A stretch of 64,000 nt of DNA from an uncultured Rivularia sp. (GTDB taxonomy: Bacteria; Cyanobacteriota; Cyanobacteriia; Cyanobacteriales; Nostocaceae), in assembly GCA_963665115.1 (NCBI GenBank), contig OY762007.1, forward strand, positions 1,280,001-1,344,000, given 5' to 3'. Each line of letters starts with the position of its first letter. The first letter of the stretch is position 1. Positions 1-11,337 of the stretch are shown here, piece after piece. The notes beneath the pieces were generated by a model. That model was not told where the DNA came from. It did no database searches and worked only from the letters and a program-made list of their open reading frames with translations. Made by a program: the position numbers and the translations under genes.

Positions 1-140
1 AATAAGTTAAAAACATGGATTTTGGATATTCCCCGGAATGCAGACAGTGCTAGTCTGGGGATTGATTGATGCTGTTTACTCGTGAGTCGGGCAATTTACA
101 AGTTTTTTAATTTGGATAAAAATTTTGTTTCCCTAATATA

Positions 141-310
141 ATTATTGACAAAAGTATTCAATAACTCTAAAGTGATATTCATCATGCTCTTAATAGAAAT
201 CTTTATATATAGCTTTTAGAGAAAATACAAGAATAATTCTTGAGAATTATTGTTGCAGCGAAAAATATCAAGGGTGACTGTGGCTGAAAGTTTATAACTA
301 TTCTCACCAT
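141..310 (+). promoter_or_regulatory. Fur-box-like inverted repeats upstream of iron uptake operon
   Basis: TTATTGA-N-TCAATAA at 142-164, near-palindrome AATAATTCTTGAGAATTATT at 232-251 and TATTCTCA near 300, directly upstream of a TonB receptor; resembles cyanobacterial FurA boxes. Confidence 0.6.
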
Positions 311-325
311 TAGGTCTTAATAAAA

Positions 326-2656
326 ATGAATCTCAAATATTGGTACGTATTACTCTTCAATGTTGTATTCCTGAATCTAGGAATCCTACCCGTAACGCTG
401 GCTGAATCTGCATCACCCAAAATTAAAAATTTAGAGGAGATAGAACAGTTTAGTACCAGCGCTCAAGATTTACTCAAGGAACCGAAAAGCAACGAAAGTA
501 AAATAGCCCAAGCAGAATCAGAGAAAGAGAGAGAAGAAGAAGAAACCCAAGAAGCCGATATCGAAATTACGGTGACGGGGACTCGGAGCGATCGCCCTGT
601 GAAAGATACTCCCGGAAACATTACTGTGATTGAATCTGAGGATATTGATAAACAGTTAATCAAAGATTTAGCAGATTTAATTCGCTACGAACCGGGGGTT
701 TCTGTAAGGAATGGTCGCAACCGTGGGAATCAAGATTTTACCATTCGCGGTATTGGTGGTAATCGGGTATTGATTCAGGTTGATGGAATTCGGCAGCCTG
801 ATAATAACACTCAAACAAATACTTCACGTAACTATTTCGATTTGGAAACTCTAAAACGAGTCGAAATCATAAGAGGACCAGCTTCTACTCTCTATGGAAG
901 TGATGCTATCGGGGGTGCAGTTTCATTTATTACTAAAGACCCAGAAGACTATCTGTTTCTATCTGATGGACCTTCATACGGTAGCGTTAAATATACCTAT
1001 GACAGTACCGATGAAAGTCGTAAATTAACTGGAGTCATTGCAGCGGAAAGCGAAGATGGAAAATTTCAAGCTTCAGCAGCTTTGACTAGTACTACTGGTT
1101 CAGAGTTTAAAAATTATGGTACTGCTATAGCTGATCCTCAAGATAATAATACTTTGAACTTTATTGGGAAAATAGTCTTTAAACCTAACGACAGCAATAC
1201 TTTTAAGTTAACAGGAGAAAGATTCAACAGCAACGCCGATACTAATTTACTTAGTAGTTTGGGAACCTCTCGGGGTTTGACAATCTTTGATAGTTCTGCT
1301 GAGTATGAAAACCAGCGTTATCGCATCAGCTTAGGACAGGAATACGATAATCCCGGTAATAATTGGTTGCAGAAGTTTAGATGGCAAGTTTATTACCAGG
1401 ATGCGGAAGCGTCAGAAGAAGTTAACAGCTTGCGTGGTCGAGGTCCTGTTGTTACAACTCGTCGAGAAGATGTTAATACCTTTGAGCAAAGCGTCTTTGG
1501 TGGAGATGTCCAGTTTGAGAGCAATTTTCAAACGGGTAGTATAGACCATCGTTTAGTTTATGGTTTTGAGATATTCAATACCGATACTTCTCGTCCTCGG
1601 GATAGAACAGAAACAGATTTAAATACAGGTGCAATAAATAAGGTTGTACTTGGTGAAACCTATCCCAACAAAACTTTTCCCGACACTGAAACTTTGAGAT
1701 TTCGTCTTTACGTACAGGATGAAATTGAATTGGCTAATAATCGTCTGACTCTTATTCCTGGATTGAGCTTTGATTACTATAAACTGACAGCTAATCCAGA
1801 CCAAGATTTTCAGAATATCAACATCGACAATTACGAAGTCGAAGATTTTGATGCTTCTGCTTTTTCTCCTAAATTGGGGGTTGTCTATAAAGTGACTCCA
1901 GAATTATCAGCATACGCTCAATATGCGCGTGGTTTCCGCAGTCCTCCCTACGATGATGCGAATATCGCTTTCACTAATTTCTTATTTGGTTATACTGTTC
2001 TTCCCAACAATAATTTAGAACCTGAAACCAGCGACAGTTACGAAATAGGAGTTAAGGGTGGTTATTCCCAATTCGACTTTACTTTGGCAGGGTTTTATAA
2101 CCGCTACAAAAACTTTATAGATACTGAGCAAATTGGTACAACATCTATTGGGGGTCGAGATTTTCTCCAGTTCCAATCACAAAATATTGATTCAGCAGAA
2201 ATATATGGTGTAGAAGCAAAAGCTGAATACCGTTTGAGTCCAGCTAAACACGGTTTGAGTTTAATTGGTAGTTTAGCTTGGGCTGAGGGTAATAATTTAG
2301 AAAATAATCAACCTTTGGATACTGTAGACCCATTTCAAGCAGTAGTTGGACTGCGTTATCGGGCACCAGAAGACCGTTGGGGAAGCGAGTTAGTGACCAC
2401 ATTTGTTGCAGCAAATGACCGCGCTGCTGAAACTGGAACTAATTTATTTATTCCCGACAGCTACTTTACTTTAGATTTATTGGGCTACTATAAATTCAGC
2501 GACAAAGTTTCTTTGAATGTTGGTTTATTTAACTTACTAGATAAGAAATATTGGAAGTGGCAAGATGTGAGAGAATTGACAAATGATTCTCCAGAAATTG
2601 CACGTAGAACATTACCCGGTTTCAATGCTACTGTTGGCTTGAAAGTTATATTTTAA
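326..2656 (+). CDS. TonB-dependent outer membrane receptor, heme/hemoglobin type
   Basis: 776 aa; signal peptide, TonB box EITVTGTR, plug motifs IRGIG and RVEIIRGPASTLYGSDAIGG, FRSP and NNNLEPE motifs, NLLDKKY, C-terminal Phe. Confidence 0.9.
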   Translation: MNLKYWYVLLFNVVFLNLGILPVTLAESASPKIKNLEEIEQFSTSAQDLLKEPKSNESKIAQAESEKEREEEETQEADIEITVTGTRSDRPVKDTPGNITVIESEDIDKQLIKDLADLIRYEPGVSVRNGRNRGNQDFTIRGIGGNRVLIQVDGIRQPDNNTQTNTSRNYFDLETLKRVEIIRGPASTLYGSDAIGGAVSFITKDPEDYLFLSDGPSYGSVKYTYDSTDESRKLTGVIAAESEDGKFQASAALTSTTGSEFKNYGTAIADPQDNNTLNFIGKIVFKPNDSNTFKLTGERFNSNADTNLLSSLGTSRGLTIFDSSAEYENQRYRISLGQEYDNPGNNWLQKFRWQVYYQDAEASEEVNSLRGRGPVVTTRREDVNTFEQSVFGGDVQFESNFQTGSIDHRLVYGFEIFNTDTSRPRDRTETDLNTGAINKVVLGETYPNKTFPDTETLRFRLYVQDEIELANNRLTLIPGLSFDYYKLTANPDQDFQNINIDNYEVEDFDASAFSPKLGVVYKVTPELSAYAQYARGFRSPPYDDANIAFTNFLFGYTVLPNNNLEPETSDSYEIGVKGGYSQFDFTLAGFYNRYKNFIDTEQIGTTSIGGRDFLQFQSQNIDSAEIYGVEAKAEYRLSPAKHGLSLIGSLAWAEGNNLENNQPLDTVDPFQAVVGLRYRAPEDRWGSELVTTFVAANDRAAETGTNLFIPDSYFTLDLLGYYKFSDKVSLNVGLFNLLDKKYWKWQDVRELTNDSPEIARRTLPGFNATVGLKVIF

Positions 2657-2771
2657 TTCATCAAATTGTGTACGATCATACTGGAATCAGAAACACGATT
2701 TTTTGAAAAAACCAAGTTTATTAACATATCAAAATATAATTAAATTAGATTAGGTTCTTATTCTCATAGCC

Positions 2772-3698
2772 ATGTATAAGATTTTCAAAATTCGCACAAT
2801 TGCTATTTTATTGAATTTACTTTTAATAGCTTGTAATTCTACGACTACCGAAAATAATCAAAACTCAGAAAATTCTGCTGATTCAACTACTACAACTCAA
2901 GTAACAGAAAATCAAGTTTCTAAACCTAAAATTGAAAATGCGAAAAGAGTTGTTGCTTTAACATCATTATCAGCGGATATTATACACAGACTTGACGCGA
3001 CAAAACTAGTTGGTATTCCCGGTAGTAGATTACTGAGAAAAGATGAGCGTTTTCAGAAACTACCAGCAGTAAGTGAAGGAAGAACTCCTCCAAATATAGA
3101 AAAAATAGTTGCTCTCAAACCAGATTTGGTTATTGGTGCGGTTGGATTTCACGACCAAACGTTTAAAAAATTAAAAGATTTAGGAATTACAACTTTAGCC
3201 GGTGAAACAAATAGTTGGGGTTCTTTAATTGAACATACAAAAAAGTTAGCTGAAGCTACAAATACAGACCCAACACCTTTATTAAATAAATACGATTCAT
3301 TTCTAAAAGATATACCAGATAAAAAAGATTCTATTCTGGTACTAGTCAGCAGCCAACCAGTTTTATCTCCTAATAAAAATAGCTGGACTGGAGACTTGTT
3401 AAATAAGTTTAATGCGAATAATTTAACAGCCAACTTACAAGGGGATTCATCAGTTGGACAAGGTTACGTAACACTTTCAGAAGAAAAAATTGTTCAAGAA
3501 AATCCCGAAATATTGTTAGTAGTAGATCCATCCAGAGCAGGAGTTATTAATCAGTTAAAGTCAAAGTCTTTTTGGAATCAACTAAAAGCTGCTCAAAACG
3601 AGCAAGTTTATGTCTTTGATTATTATGGGTTAGTAAATCCTGGTAGTATTGATAAAATCGAAGAAACTAGCAATCAGTTGAAGAAAATATTGAAGTAA
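2772..3698 (+). CDS. Periplasmic binding lipoprotein of iron/heme ABC transporter
   Basis: Lipobox LIAC, RVVAL and NIEKIVALKPDLVI motifs; follows TonB receptor. Confidence 0.88.
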   Translation: MYKIFKIRTIAILLNLLLIACNSTTTENNQNSENSADSTTTTQVTENQVSKPKIENAKRVVALTSLSADIIHRLDATKLVGIPGSRLLRKDERFQKLPAVSEGRTPPNIEKIVALKPDLVIGAVGFHDQTFKKLKDLGITTLAGETNSWGSLIEHTKKLAEATNTDPTPLLNKYDSFLKDIPDKKDSILVLVSSQPVLSPNKNSWTGDLLNKFNANNLTANLQGDSSVGQGYVTLSEEKIVQENPEILLVVDPSRAGVINQLKSKSFWNQLKAAQNEQVYVFDYYGLVNPGSIDKIEETSNQLKKILK

Positions 3699-3901
3699 TA
3701 GACATCTCCGGAAATAAACAAAAACCCCTCTCCATGAACGCGTTCACGCCTTCGGCGTGCGGCTCAGCGTTTTCTCGTAGAGTATCTCTCCCCCACAGGG
3801 AGAGAGGCTTAATTTTCCCCCTTCCCTCGTAGGGAAGGGGGGTAGGGGGTTAGGTTTTACCGAAAAGTTGAAACCATACAAATCTTTTCCGGAGATGTCT
3901 A
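3699..3901. mobile_element. MITE family A (TA-flanked)
   Basis: TIRs GACATCTCCGGAAA / TTTCCGGAGATGTC flanked by TA; inverted near-identical copy at 38796-38976. Confidence 0.85.
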
Positions 3902-4106
3902 ATCGATTTCATTGGAAAACCGAAAAGCTTGTAGAGACGTGCATAGTATTGCCTCTCTACATCTAAATTCATACCCGGATTCAGCAACCTCTTTCCCCGT
4001 TCCCTAGCACTTTATTAGATAAATGGGCTTTTAAATTCTATTACTGAGAAGATAATTCGGTGACAATGGTGTAAAAATAGATCCGATAATTATTCAAAAA
4101 TGTTAA

Positions 4107-5864
4107 GTGTTCATTCTATATTTTCCATATCGAAGACTAAATAAAGCTACGTGTATTTTTATTCTCGTCAGCTTTTGTTGTTCTATTTGTAACTCCGTGC
4201 TTGCTGTAGTCCCGGAAATAATAACCCAAGCACCAAATCCGGAAGGTGACTTCAATCAAGAACGCTTTCCTCAACCAGCCCCAAGTCTCGAACCCCTAAA
4301 GCCAAAACAGCAGCAGTTACAGCCATCTCCTACATTTACTGAGCCTCCATCAAATCTTGAGGGTGACGAAGTTAAAATTATAGTTAATAAGATCCAAATC
4401 ACCGGAAGTACTGTTTTTGACTCCGAAGATTTTGAGCCAATCGTTGAGCAAGTACAAGGTAAAAGTGTCACCTTAGCAGAATTAAGAAAGGTTGCCGATG
4501 CGATTACTGAGTTGTATTTAGCACGAGATTATATTACTTCAAGAGCAATTCTAGTCAACCAGAAAATAACCGATGGTGTGGTGCAAATTCGCGTCATTGA
4601 AGGTTCCTTAGAAAAAATCGAAATTGAGGGAACCCAGCGTTTGCAAAAAAAATATGTGCGATCGCGCTTGCTCCGTGGTGGAAAAAAGCCTTTATCAAAT
4701 AGAGGTTTGGAAGAACAGTTAAGATTGTTGCGCTTTGACCCAAATATTGACAATATAGAAGCTAGTTTACTCCCTGGAAGTGATTTCGGTCAAAGTATTT
4801 TAACGGTGCGAGTCATTGAAACGGAACCATTTCAAGTAGATTTAGGAGTTGATAATTATTCCCCACCAAGCGTAGGTTCGGAAAGATTGGGGATAAATAC
4901 GGTATATCGCAATCTAATGGGTATTGGTGATGAAGTTAGAGCATCCTATTATCGTTCTACAAGGGGTGGTTCAAATATTTTCGATTTTAGTTATCGAGTA
5001 CCGTTAAATGCTAAAAATGGGACTTTACAATTAAGAACAGCAATTAACAATAATAAAGTTGTGCAGCCACCTTTTGATGCTTTTGACATCCGGGGAGAAT
5101 CGCAACTCTATGAAATCAGTTACAGTCAACCATTAATTAGAACACCCCGCGAAGAATTTGCATTATCCCTCGGTTTCAGCCTGCAAAACGGTCAAACCTT
5201 TACCTTTGCTGGAGCAACCCCCTTTGGTTTTGGCCCCGACGCAGAAGGAAACAGCCGCACCCGTGTTGTAAAATTCGGACAAGACTACGTGCGAAGAGAT
5301 GCCAACGGTGCATGGCAAATTAGGTCATTACTTAGTTTAGGAACTGGTTTATTTGATGCCACTGTTAATTCAAATCCCGTTCCCGATGCGCGTTTTTTCA
5401 GTTGGTTAGGACAGTTGCAGCGAGTACAGCGCTTGAATAAAAATCACTTATTAATTACTCAACTCGACTTGCAATTAACACCCAACGGGTTATTACCATC
5501 CCAGCAATTTGTAGTGGGTGGAGGGCAATCACTAAGGGGTTATCGTCAAAACGTGCGAGCGGGAGACAACGGGGTTCGTTTTTCCATAGAAGACAGAATA
5601 ACCGTAGGAAGAGACGCATCGGGGAATCCTTCATTACAAATAGCACCATTTTTTGATGCAGGTGTAGTTTGGAACATCGATGACAACCCAAACCTCCAAC
5701 CAAGACAAACATTTTTAGCCGGAGTCGGAATGGGAATATTATGGCAACCAATACCAAAATTAAATTTAAAACTGGATTACGGTGTACCACTGATTGAATT
5801 AGACGATAAAGGCAATAACGCTCAAGATGAAGGGTTTTACTTTAGCGTCGGTTATCAGCTTTAA
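4107..5864 (+). CDS. ShlB/FhaC/HecB family two-partner secretion transporter (TpsB)
   Basis: POTRA motifs ([21 protein letters not shown]), barrel loop motif SLRGY, aromatic C-terminal strand FSVGYQL; exact start uncertain. Confidence 0.9.
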   Translation: MFILYFPYRRLNKATCIFILVSFCCSICNSVLAVVPEIITQAPNPEGDFNQERFPQPAPSLEPLKPKQQQLQPSPTFTEPPSNLEGDEVKIIVNKIQITGSTVFDSEDFEPIVEQVQGKSVTLAELRKVADAITELYLARDYITSRAILVNQKITDGVVQIRVIEGSLEKIEIEGTQRLQKKYVRSRLLRGGKKPLSNRGLEEQLRLLRFDPNIDNIEASLLPGSDFGQSILTVRVIETEPFQVDLGVDNYSPPSVGSERLGINTVYRNLMGIGDEVRASYYRSTRGGSNIFDFSYRVPLNAKNGTLQLRTAINNNKVVQPPFDAFDIRGESQLYEISYSQPLIRTPREEFALSLGFSLQNGQTFTFAGATPFGFGPDAEGNSRTRVVKFGQDYVRRDANGAWQIRSLLSLGTGLFDATVNSNPVPDARFFSWLGQLQRVQRLNKNHLLITQLDLQLTPNGLLPSQQFVVGGGQSLRGYRQNVRAGDNGVRFSIEDRITVGRDASGNPSLQIAPFFDAGVVWNIDDNPNLQPRQTFLAGVGMGILWQPIPKLNLKLDYGVPLIELDDKGNNAQDEGFYFSVGYQL

Positions 5865-6035
5865 GGAGTAGGGAGTAGAAAGTAGAAAGTAGAAAGTAGG
5901 GAGTAGGGAGTAGGGAGTAGGGAGTAGGGAGTAGGGAGTAGAAAGTAGGGAGTAGGGAGTAGGGAGTAGAAAGTAGAGAGTTGAAAGTAGTGAGTTGAGA
6001 GTAGTGAGATGGGAGTTGGAAGTTGGGAGTAGAGT
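5865..6035. repeat. STRR-type heptamer tandem repeat (GGGAGTA/GAAAGTA)n
   Basis: About 20 degenerate 7-mers directly after the tpsB stop. Confidence 0.9.
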
Positions 6036-6174
6036 CATTCCAGTTAATTTCCGTAGTGCGTTAGCGAAGCATATAACACTTGTTTCTTCCGCAGGAATTA
6101 CTATAAAGTACATATTCTTTCTTATTATCCGCTAATTAAGCATCTATTCCCGACGGCGTTACTCATTACTTTCG

Positions 6175-6277
6175 ACTCACAACTCTCTACTCACTACTCA
6201 CAACTCTCTACTCACAACTCTCTACTCTCTACTCACTACTTACTACTTACTACTCTCTACTCACAACTCTCTACTCT
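6175..6277. repeat. STRR-type heptamer tandem repeat (ACTCTCT/ACTCACA)n
   Basis: Opposite orientation to the 5865 tract, abutting the FHA-CHAT stop. Confidence 0.85.
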
Positions 6278-9200
6278 CTACCAAGGGCTACCAACTAAAG
6301 TAAAAGATGACCAATAATAAGGATGTACGAGTTTTTTAGTTCTTCCAGCTAAGGATGGAATGGGAATAATATTTTTAGATTGCGGTAGCTGTAATATTCC
6401 TTTTTCTAAAAACATCTCTCCTTTAATCATGGCAATTTGAGTTTGTCGTAAAGCTTCGGCTTTGATGGGTGTTTGTTTCAACTGCTGATAAAACTGCGCC
6501 ATTAATCCCAAGGTACCTTCATCGCTAACATACCAAAGACTACCTAATGCAGATTTTACCCCAGCTTGAACGGCAAGTCCGGCAAAACCTAATTCTGCTT
6601 CTCTGTCTCCTAATGCTGTTCGACAAGCACTTAAAGTTAATAATTCAACTGGTGGGTTATTCCATCCCATTTTTCTAACTTCATCCAACCGCAATTTTGT
6701 ATTTGATAGTTGAATGTAGGAATTTTGGATTTTTCCGGGACGAAATTCTGCATGAGTTGCTAGGTGAATAATGCCAAAAGGCTGTTCTCTACGTTGAGAT
6801 TTGAGGTTTTCTAAAGTGAAACTATTATTGAGAAATGATTTACCTTTCCATTGTTTGGAAATATTATTAATTTCTAAAGATGCCGCAGGTAAAGGATTTT
6901 GCTCTTCAAATTCTGAAGCTCCCATTGCTAAAATTTTAGCTTGTTTAATATCGGTATAATTGGTATTCGTCAGGCTGAGACTGGGCATTAAACCAAGACT
7001 ATATTGTTCTACAAGAAAACTGTTACCGTCATGTAATGCAGCAAATGGTATGGAACGTAATCCTACATCTGTAACAAAAGTTAAGTTTTCAATTCCTTCG
7101 GCTTGCAATTCTTCTTGTACCGGAGCTATCAACCATTGATAAAGCTGTTGCGCGGATTTTAAATAAGTGGTTGTGCTGCTTTTTCGAGGATTGGAAACTT
7201 CACGTTGAAATTTTCGCGCTACTTTTAAAATTTCTGCACGGGTTGCACCGGGTATTTTTTTACGAATTGGCTTTCCTTTAGCTGTAACAATGAGGATTTC
7301 TAAGACATCGCTGTCTTTTTTAAGATTAGTTTTTGCATTTTTGAGTTTTGAATTTTCGAGATTATTCTCAGCTTCGGGAGAAAGGCTTTCAGGTACAAAC
7401 ATTGCATATACTAAAGCTGGTTTTATACCACTAGCTTTTTCAACCTCACTCAATATGTCTCGTGCTTCTGGTAATCCTTTAAGGTTAATCTTACCTATAT
7501 CGACCAGATGACTTTTAAATGCATTAGTAAAAGAATCTTCTACCTCACCCATCATCATATCAACTTCAACTCGATTATTTGCCTTGAATGTTGTATCTGG
7601 TGTGAATAAAAGTGGTGCTTCCGATTGTGGTGGTGCTGGTAAATTCGGTTCCTGTTCGGGTTGAGCAACATTTACGTTAATTTGAGCAGGAGTAGAAACT
7701 GAAATTTTATCATTAGCAACAATTGTAAAAGCATTTATTTCCCCCGTTGTATTGGTAGGAGGAGTATATTCTAAAGTATCTTCTGAGGTGATAATATCTC
7801 CAGAATTTGCTTCGCTACCGTTAATTTTTAAAGTTCCTCCGACTGAAATTTCGTTTATTTGTAGTTCTGTAATATCGTTATTTGCATCGCTAACCTGAGT
7901 AGCAATATCTGCCAAACTAAAGGTAATAGGTTGATTATCTTCGGCAATATTTAGAGTAGGATTAACTGTGACTTCGGGAGGAGTATTATTAAAAGTAATG
8001 CCGATCTTTCCTTGAGTTTCTGTACCGGCATTGGGAAATTCAGTAGTAGGTGAAATGATATCATCACCAGCATTAATTGCATTAGCGGTACCGTTAATGG
8101 TAGCATCTCCAACAATAAACGGAACGTTTTCTATAGTTCCATCGTGACGAATTTCGACAGTTCCAGATGATTCTTCTCCGGCTGTATAAATGGTATTTTC
8201 CGATGCTAATTCGATTAATTTTAATTCAAGACCTTCGTCTATTTCTATTTCTTCCGGAAGTCGAAACCATTCCGGTAATTCTAGTATTTGGACAACATCT
8301 TCTACCTCCTCGCCCTGTAAATCACCACCTATATATAGTCCTCCCCTTACGGTACCATTGTCAGCAATAATTTTGACATCTCCACCTTTCCCAACAGGAA
8401 TATTTCCTTCATCAAAATTGGTAGTGTTTGAGGTTTGAACGCGGTCAAAAATGATATTTTCTCCAGAAGTAATATTTACATTACCAGCAACAATGTTATT
8501 AGCAGAAGCACCCGACACAACAAAAGATTCAATATCCTGTATCACAATATTGCCGTCTGCTGTTAAATTGATATTCCCAGCTATTCCATTATCAGAATTA
8601 GCAAACAAATCAACAGAAGAAGTAATTGGGCCAGTAAGAATATCGCCGATTGCTTTTAAATTAACTTCTCCTCCAAAGGTATTATTAGATAATGGAATGA
8701 AGAATGATAAACCATTAACATTTACAGAAGAATCAATTGCGGCTACAAAAATATCACCACCTGAATCAATATTAATTTTTCCTGCTGAAATATCATTTGC
8801 GCTTCCTATAAATACGGAAGAATCGATACCGTCTTGTACAACAATATTTCCTCCCGCTTTTAAGTTTATTTCCCCAGCAGAAATTTGGTTCGCATCCTCA
8901 GATAAGCTTGCAGAAGAAAGAATAGTGTCTTCGACAAAAATCTTACCCCCAGCTTCCAAATTAATATTTCCTCCAGTAATATTATTTGCACCGAATAAGT
9001 TGATAGAAGAATCAATATCTATCGTAGAAATATCACCCCCTGCTTTTAAGTTTATTTCACCTCCAATTACATTATTTACAGGTGTTTCTTCCAAACTGTA
9101 TTCAGTCAATATATTACCTGTAGTAATATTTCCGGGAGCGCTGATAATTACTCTACCAGCAGTTGCAGTAACTTCATTGTCAAAAAGACTGGTGGAAATA

Positions 9201-10795
9201 TCCCCATTAACTGTTACATTTGCAGGTGACGTAATTGAACCGCTATTATTAAAAGATGTACCTTCAACAGTAGTAGGTGGATTATTCAAACCAAAAGGAT
9301 AATTAAAAGTAGGTTCTTCAAGCTCGCTAACTCCAGCCCTTAAAATTAATGCAGCTTCATTCGCTAAAATTTGAGCATCAGCCGAACAACTTGATTCGCA
9401 TAAAATAGCATCCGGGCTGGTAATTTCAATATCACCTTCTACCGTAATGCTACCTTTCGACTCAACTTTTAAAGCCGCACCTGCATAACTACCAAAGGTA
9501 ACATCTTCCTCAGAACTAATAATTGGGTCGTAAAGACTGATAAACTTACCACCATCACCCCGTAAATTCAGAATTGAAAATTTACCACCACTAGCAAAGT
9601 GAGCATCACCAGAAATTATGCCATCGCTAACTAAACTCAAATCGCCACCACTGACAAAAGGTGTTTTATCCAAGTGATTCAAAGCTAAAATATCAACTTG
9701 GCGATCGCCTTGAATATACAAATCTCCACCAGCAAGGGCAATAAATGGATTCTGGGCACTATCCCGCACCCGCACGGTATCTTTTGCTAATAAAGTCAGG
9801 TTTTCTGTGGTTTGTAACTGACTTTCTAGAAATGTTAAATTACCTGGGGCTGATAACAAAGCATTTTGAGCGTTTAAAGTTTTAACAGTTACATCACCTT
9901 GATTTACCTGTAAACTCGAACCTTTTAATTCAACTTCACCGTTACTATTGCGAACCAATTCTGTAACATGATTAGCATCTCCTCCAGTAAGCATTTGAGG
10001 TAAGGAAGCTATCGATAAATTCCATGCTTGAGGTTGAGTTTTTGCTGTAGAAATCGGCTGAATTTCCAAACTCAATAAACTTCCCGGTTGACTCAAACGC
10101 ACCAAATTTTTACCGGGAATCGCAGACACCGTAATATTTCCCAACGGTGCTTCTAACTTTCCAGTACTCGCAACTGTACCACCAAGCAAAGCTAAATTAC
10201 TTTTTTCGGTAACTCCCAGGTTTCCAGCATTGATAATCGCTGCCGGTTGACTCATGGTAAAAGCAAAACTATTAGGTTTACCCGTGAGAATCGCATAATC
10301 GTTTTTACCAAAAGCATTCAACCAATTATTCCCAAATCCAATACCGTTAGCAGTTGTAGCGGTAAAATCACCGGGTACATTTAAACTCGCATTATTACCA
10401 AACACAATTCCCGATGGATTGATCAGAAATAAATTTGAATTTCCCCCAGTCAACTGTATTAAACCATTTATAACCGAAGGATTACCCCCAGTTACCCGCC
10501 CAAATATATTTTGAATTGCAGGATTGCTAAGAAAATTCGCAATCTGATTTTTATTTAATCCCAACTCTTGAAAACTGTGAAACAGATTTTTTCCATCTTG
10601 AGAAAATTGTCCACCAGTAATATCGAATTGATTGCCATTAGGAGTGACAACAGTACCCGTTTTATCGGCTGCGGGAATTACTGATTGTGCTTGTATTTTT
10701 TCTGAATTAAATATAAATGGTACTGAGCTAACAATTATAGGCAATATTGAGGTGAGAGCAGAGAAAACACTTGCACGACGAATTAATTTGTACAT
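6278..10795 (-). CDS. Filamentous hemagglutinin TPS domain + beta-helix repeats + cadherin-like domain + CHAT (caspase-like) protease
   Basis: Signal peptide; TPS motifs NLFHSFQ and LINPSGIVFG; GGEINLKAGGDI-type repeats; AED...YTP cadherin-like unit; CHAT dyad IIHLATHA and LSACRTA; HPYYWSSF end. Confidence 0.9.
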   Translation of the reverse strand: MYKLIRRASVFSALTSILPIIVSSVPFIFNSEKIQAQSVIPAADKTGTVVTPNGNQFDITGGQFSQDGKNLFHSFQELGLNKNQIANFLSNPAIQNIFGRVTGGNPSVINGLIQLTGGNSNLFLINPSGIVFGNNASLNVPGDFTATTANGIGFGNNWLNAFGKNDYAILTGKPNSFAFTMSQPAAIINAGNLGVTEKSNLALLGGTVASTGKLEAPLGNITVSAIPGKNLVRLSQPGSLLSLEIQPISTAKTQPQAWNLSIASLPQMLTGGDANHVTELVRNSNGEVELKGSSLQVNQGDVTVKTLNAQNALLSAPGNLTFLESQLQTTENLTLLAKDTVRVRDSAQNPFIALAGGDLYIQGDRQVDILALNHLDKTPFVSGGDLSLVSDGIISGDAHFASGGKFSILNLRGDGGKFISLYDPIISSEEDVTFGSYAGAALKVESKGSITVEGDIEITSPDAILCESSCSADAQILANEAALILRAGVSELEEPTFNYPFGLNNPPTTVEGTSFNNSGSITSPANVTVNGDISTSLFDNEVTATAGRVIISAPGNITTGNILTEYSLEETPVNNVIGGEINLKAGGDISTIDIDSSINLFGANNITGGNINLEAGGKIFVEDTILSSASLSEDANQISAGEINLKAGGNIVVQDGIDSSVFIGSANDISAGKINIDSGGDIFVAAIDSSVNVNGLSFFIPLSNNTFGGEVNLKAIGDILTGPITSSVDLFANSDNGIAGNINLTADGNIVIQDIESFVVSGASANNIVAGNVNITSGENIIFDRVQTSNTTNFDEGNIPVGKGGDVKIIADNGTVRGGLYIGGDLQGEEVEDVVQILELPEWFRLPEEIEIDEGLELKLIELASENTIYTAGEESSGTVEIRHDGTIENVPFIVGDATINGTANAINAGDDIISPTTEFPNAGTETQGKIGITFNNTPPEVTVNPTLNIAEDNQPITFSLADIATQVSDANNDITELQINEISVGGTLKINGSEANSGDIITSEDTLEYTPPTNTTGEINAFTIVANDKISVSTPAQINVNVAQPEQEPNLPAPPQSEAPLLFTPDTTFKANNRVEVDMMMGEVEDSFTNAFKSHLVDIGKINLKGLPEARDILSEVEKASGIKPALVYAMFVPESLSPEAENNLENSKLKNAKTNLKKDSDVLEILIVTAKGKPIRKKIPGATRAEILKVARKFQREVSNPRKSSTTTYLKSAQQLYQWLIAPVQEELQAEGIENLTFVTDVGLRSIPFAALHDGNSFLVEQYSLGLMPSLSLTNTNYTDIKQAKILAMGASEFEEQNPLPAASLEINNISKQWKGKSFLNNSFTLENLKSQRREQPFGIIHLATHAEFRPGKIQNSYIQLSNTKLRLDEVRKMGWNNPPVELLTLSACRTALGDREAELGFAGLAVQAGVKSALGSLWYVSDEGTLGLMAQFYQQLKQTPIKAEALRQTQIAMIKGEMFLEKGILQLPQSKNIIPIPSLAGRTKKLVHPYYWSSFTLVGSPW

Positions 10796-10832
10796 TTGAA
10801 TAAGAATTAATTTAAATAAAATACGATTTGTT

Positions 10833-10955
10833 CGTAGTGCTGCCTAAGACTATCGTCTCGCTCCGCTAACGCAGCGTGTCCGTCAGGACAAGCATCTTGC
10901 TCGCTAGTTATTACGAGTTAGCTATTACGAGCGAGCATCTTGCTCGCACTACAAA
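10833..10955. repeat. REP/SDR-like element (GTAGTG...GCATCTTGCTCGC...CACTAC family)
   Basis: Related copies at 18378-18645, 27539-27720, 35240-35262, 38743-39066, 61594-61618. Confidence 0.75.
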
Positions 10956-11337
10956 TGTGTAACTTTCATAACTAACAAGGTTAACCATTCGTAGCTTTAC
11001 CTATATTGTCATATTAAATACTGAATGGCATTATCTAAAAGCAAAAAATATCCGATTATTTCAGTATTAATCGCTAGTTTTTTTCATCGCTATTGCTATT
11101 TCTCTTTACAATACATCTGGAACGAGTTTATCTAAAAAGCTTATAGATAGGCTCTGGCAGTAGTTAATAATCGTGCTATAAAGGTAGGAATAAAAAATAA
11201 TAATACTTCAGTAAATACACTTAACAAAAAGCTTCAAAAAGCTGAATTGTTATTCGCTTTTGATTGGCTTTACTAGTTTTTACCGAACAAAATTGAACAA
11301 TATAAAATTAAATGTTTTTCAAAGGAATATTGATACT

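Noticed and set aside
4658..4665. Recurrent GCGATCGC (also 9701, 18800 and others)
   Set aside because: Ordinary HIP1 octamer of cyanobacteria; used only as a taxonomic clue
5799..6113. 104-aa minus-strand ORF
   Set aside because: Translation of heptamer repeats (LPTPYSL)n
8451..9302. 283-aa plus-strand ORF
   Set aside because: Antisense shadow of the FHA repeats; no independent motif
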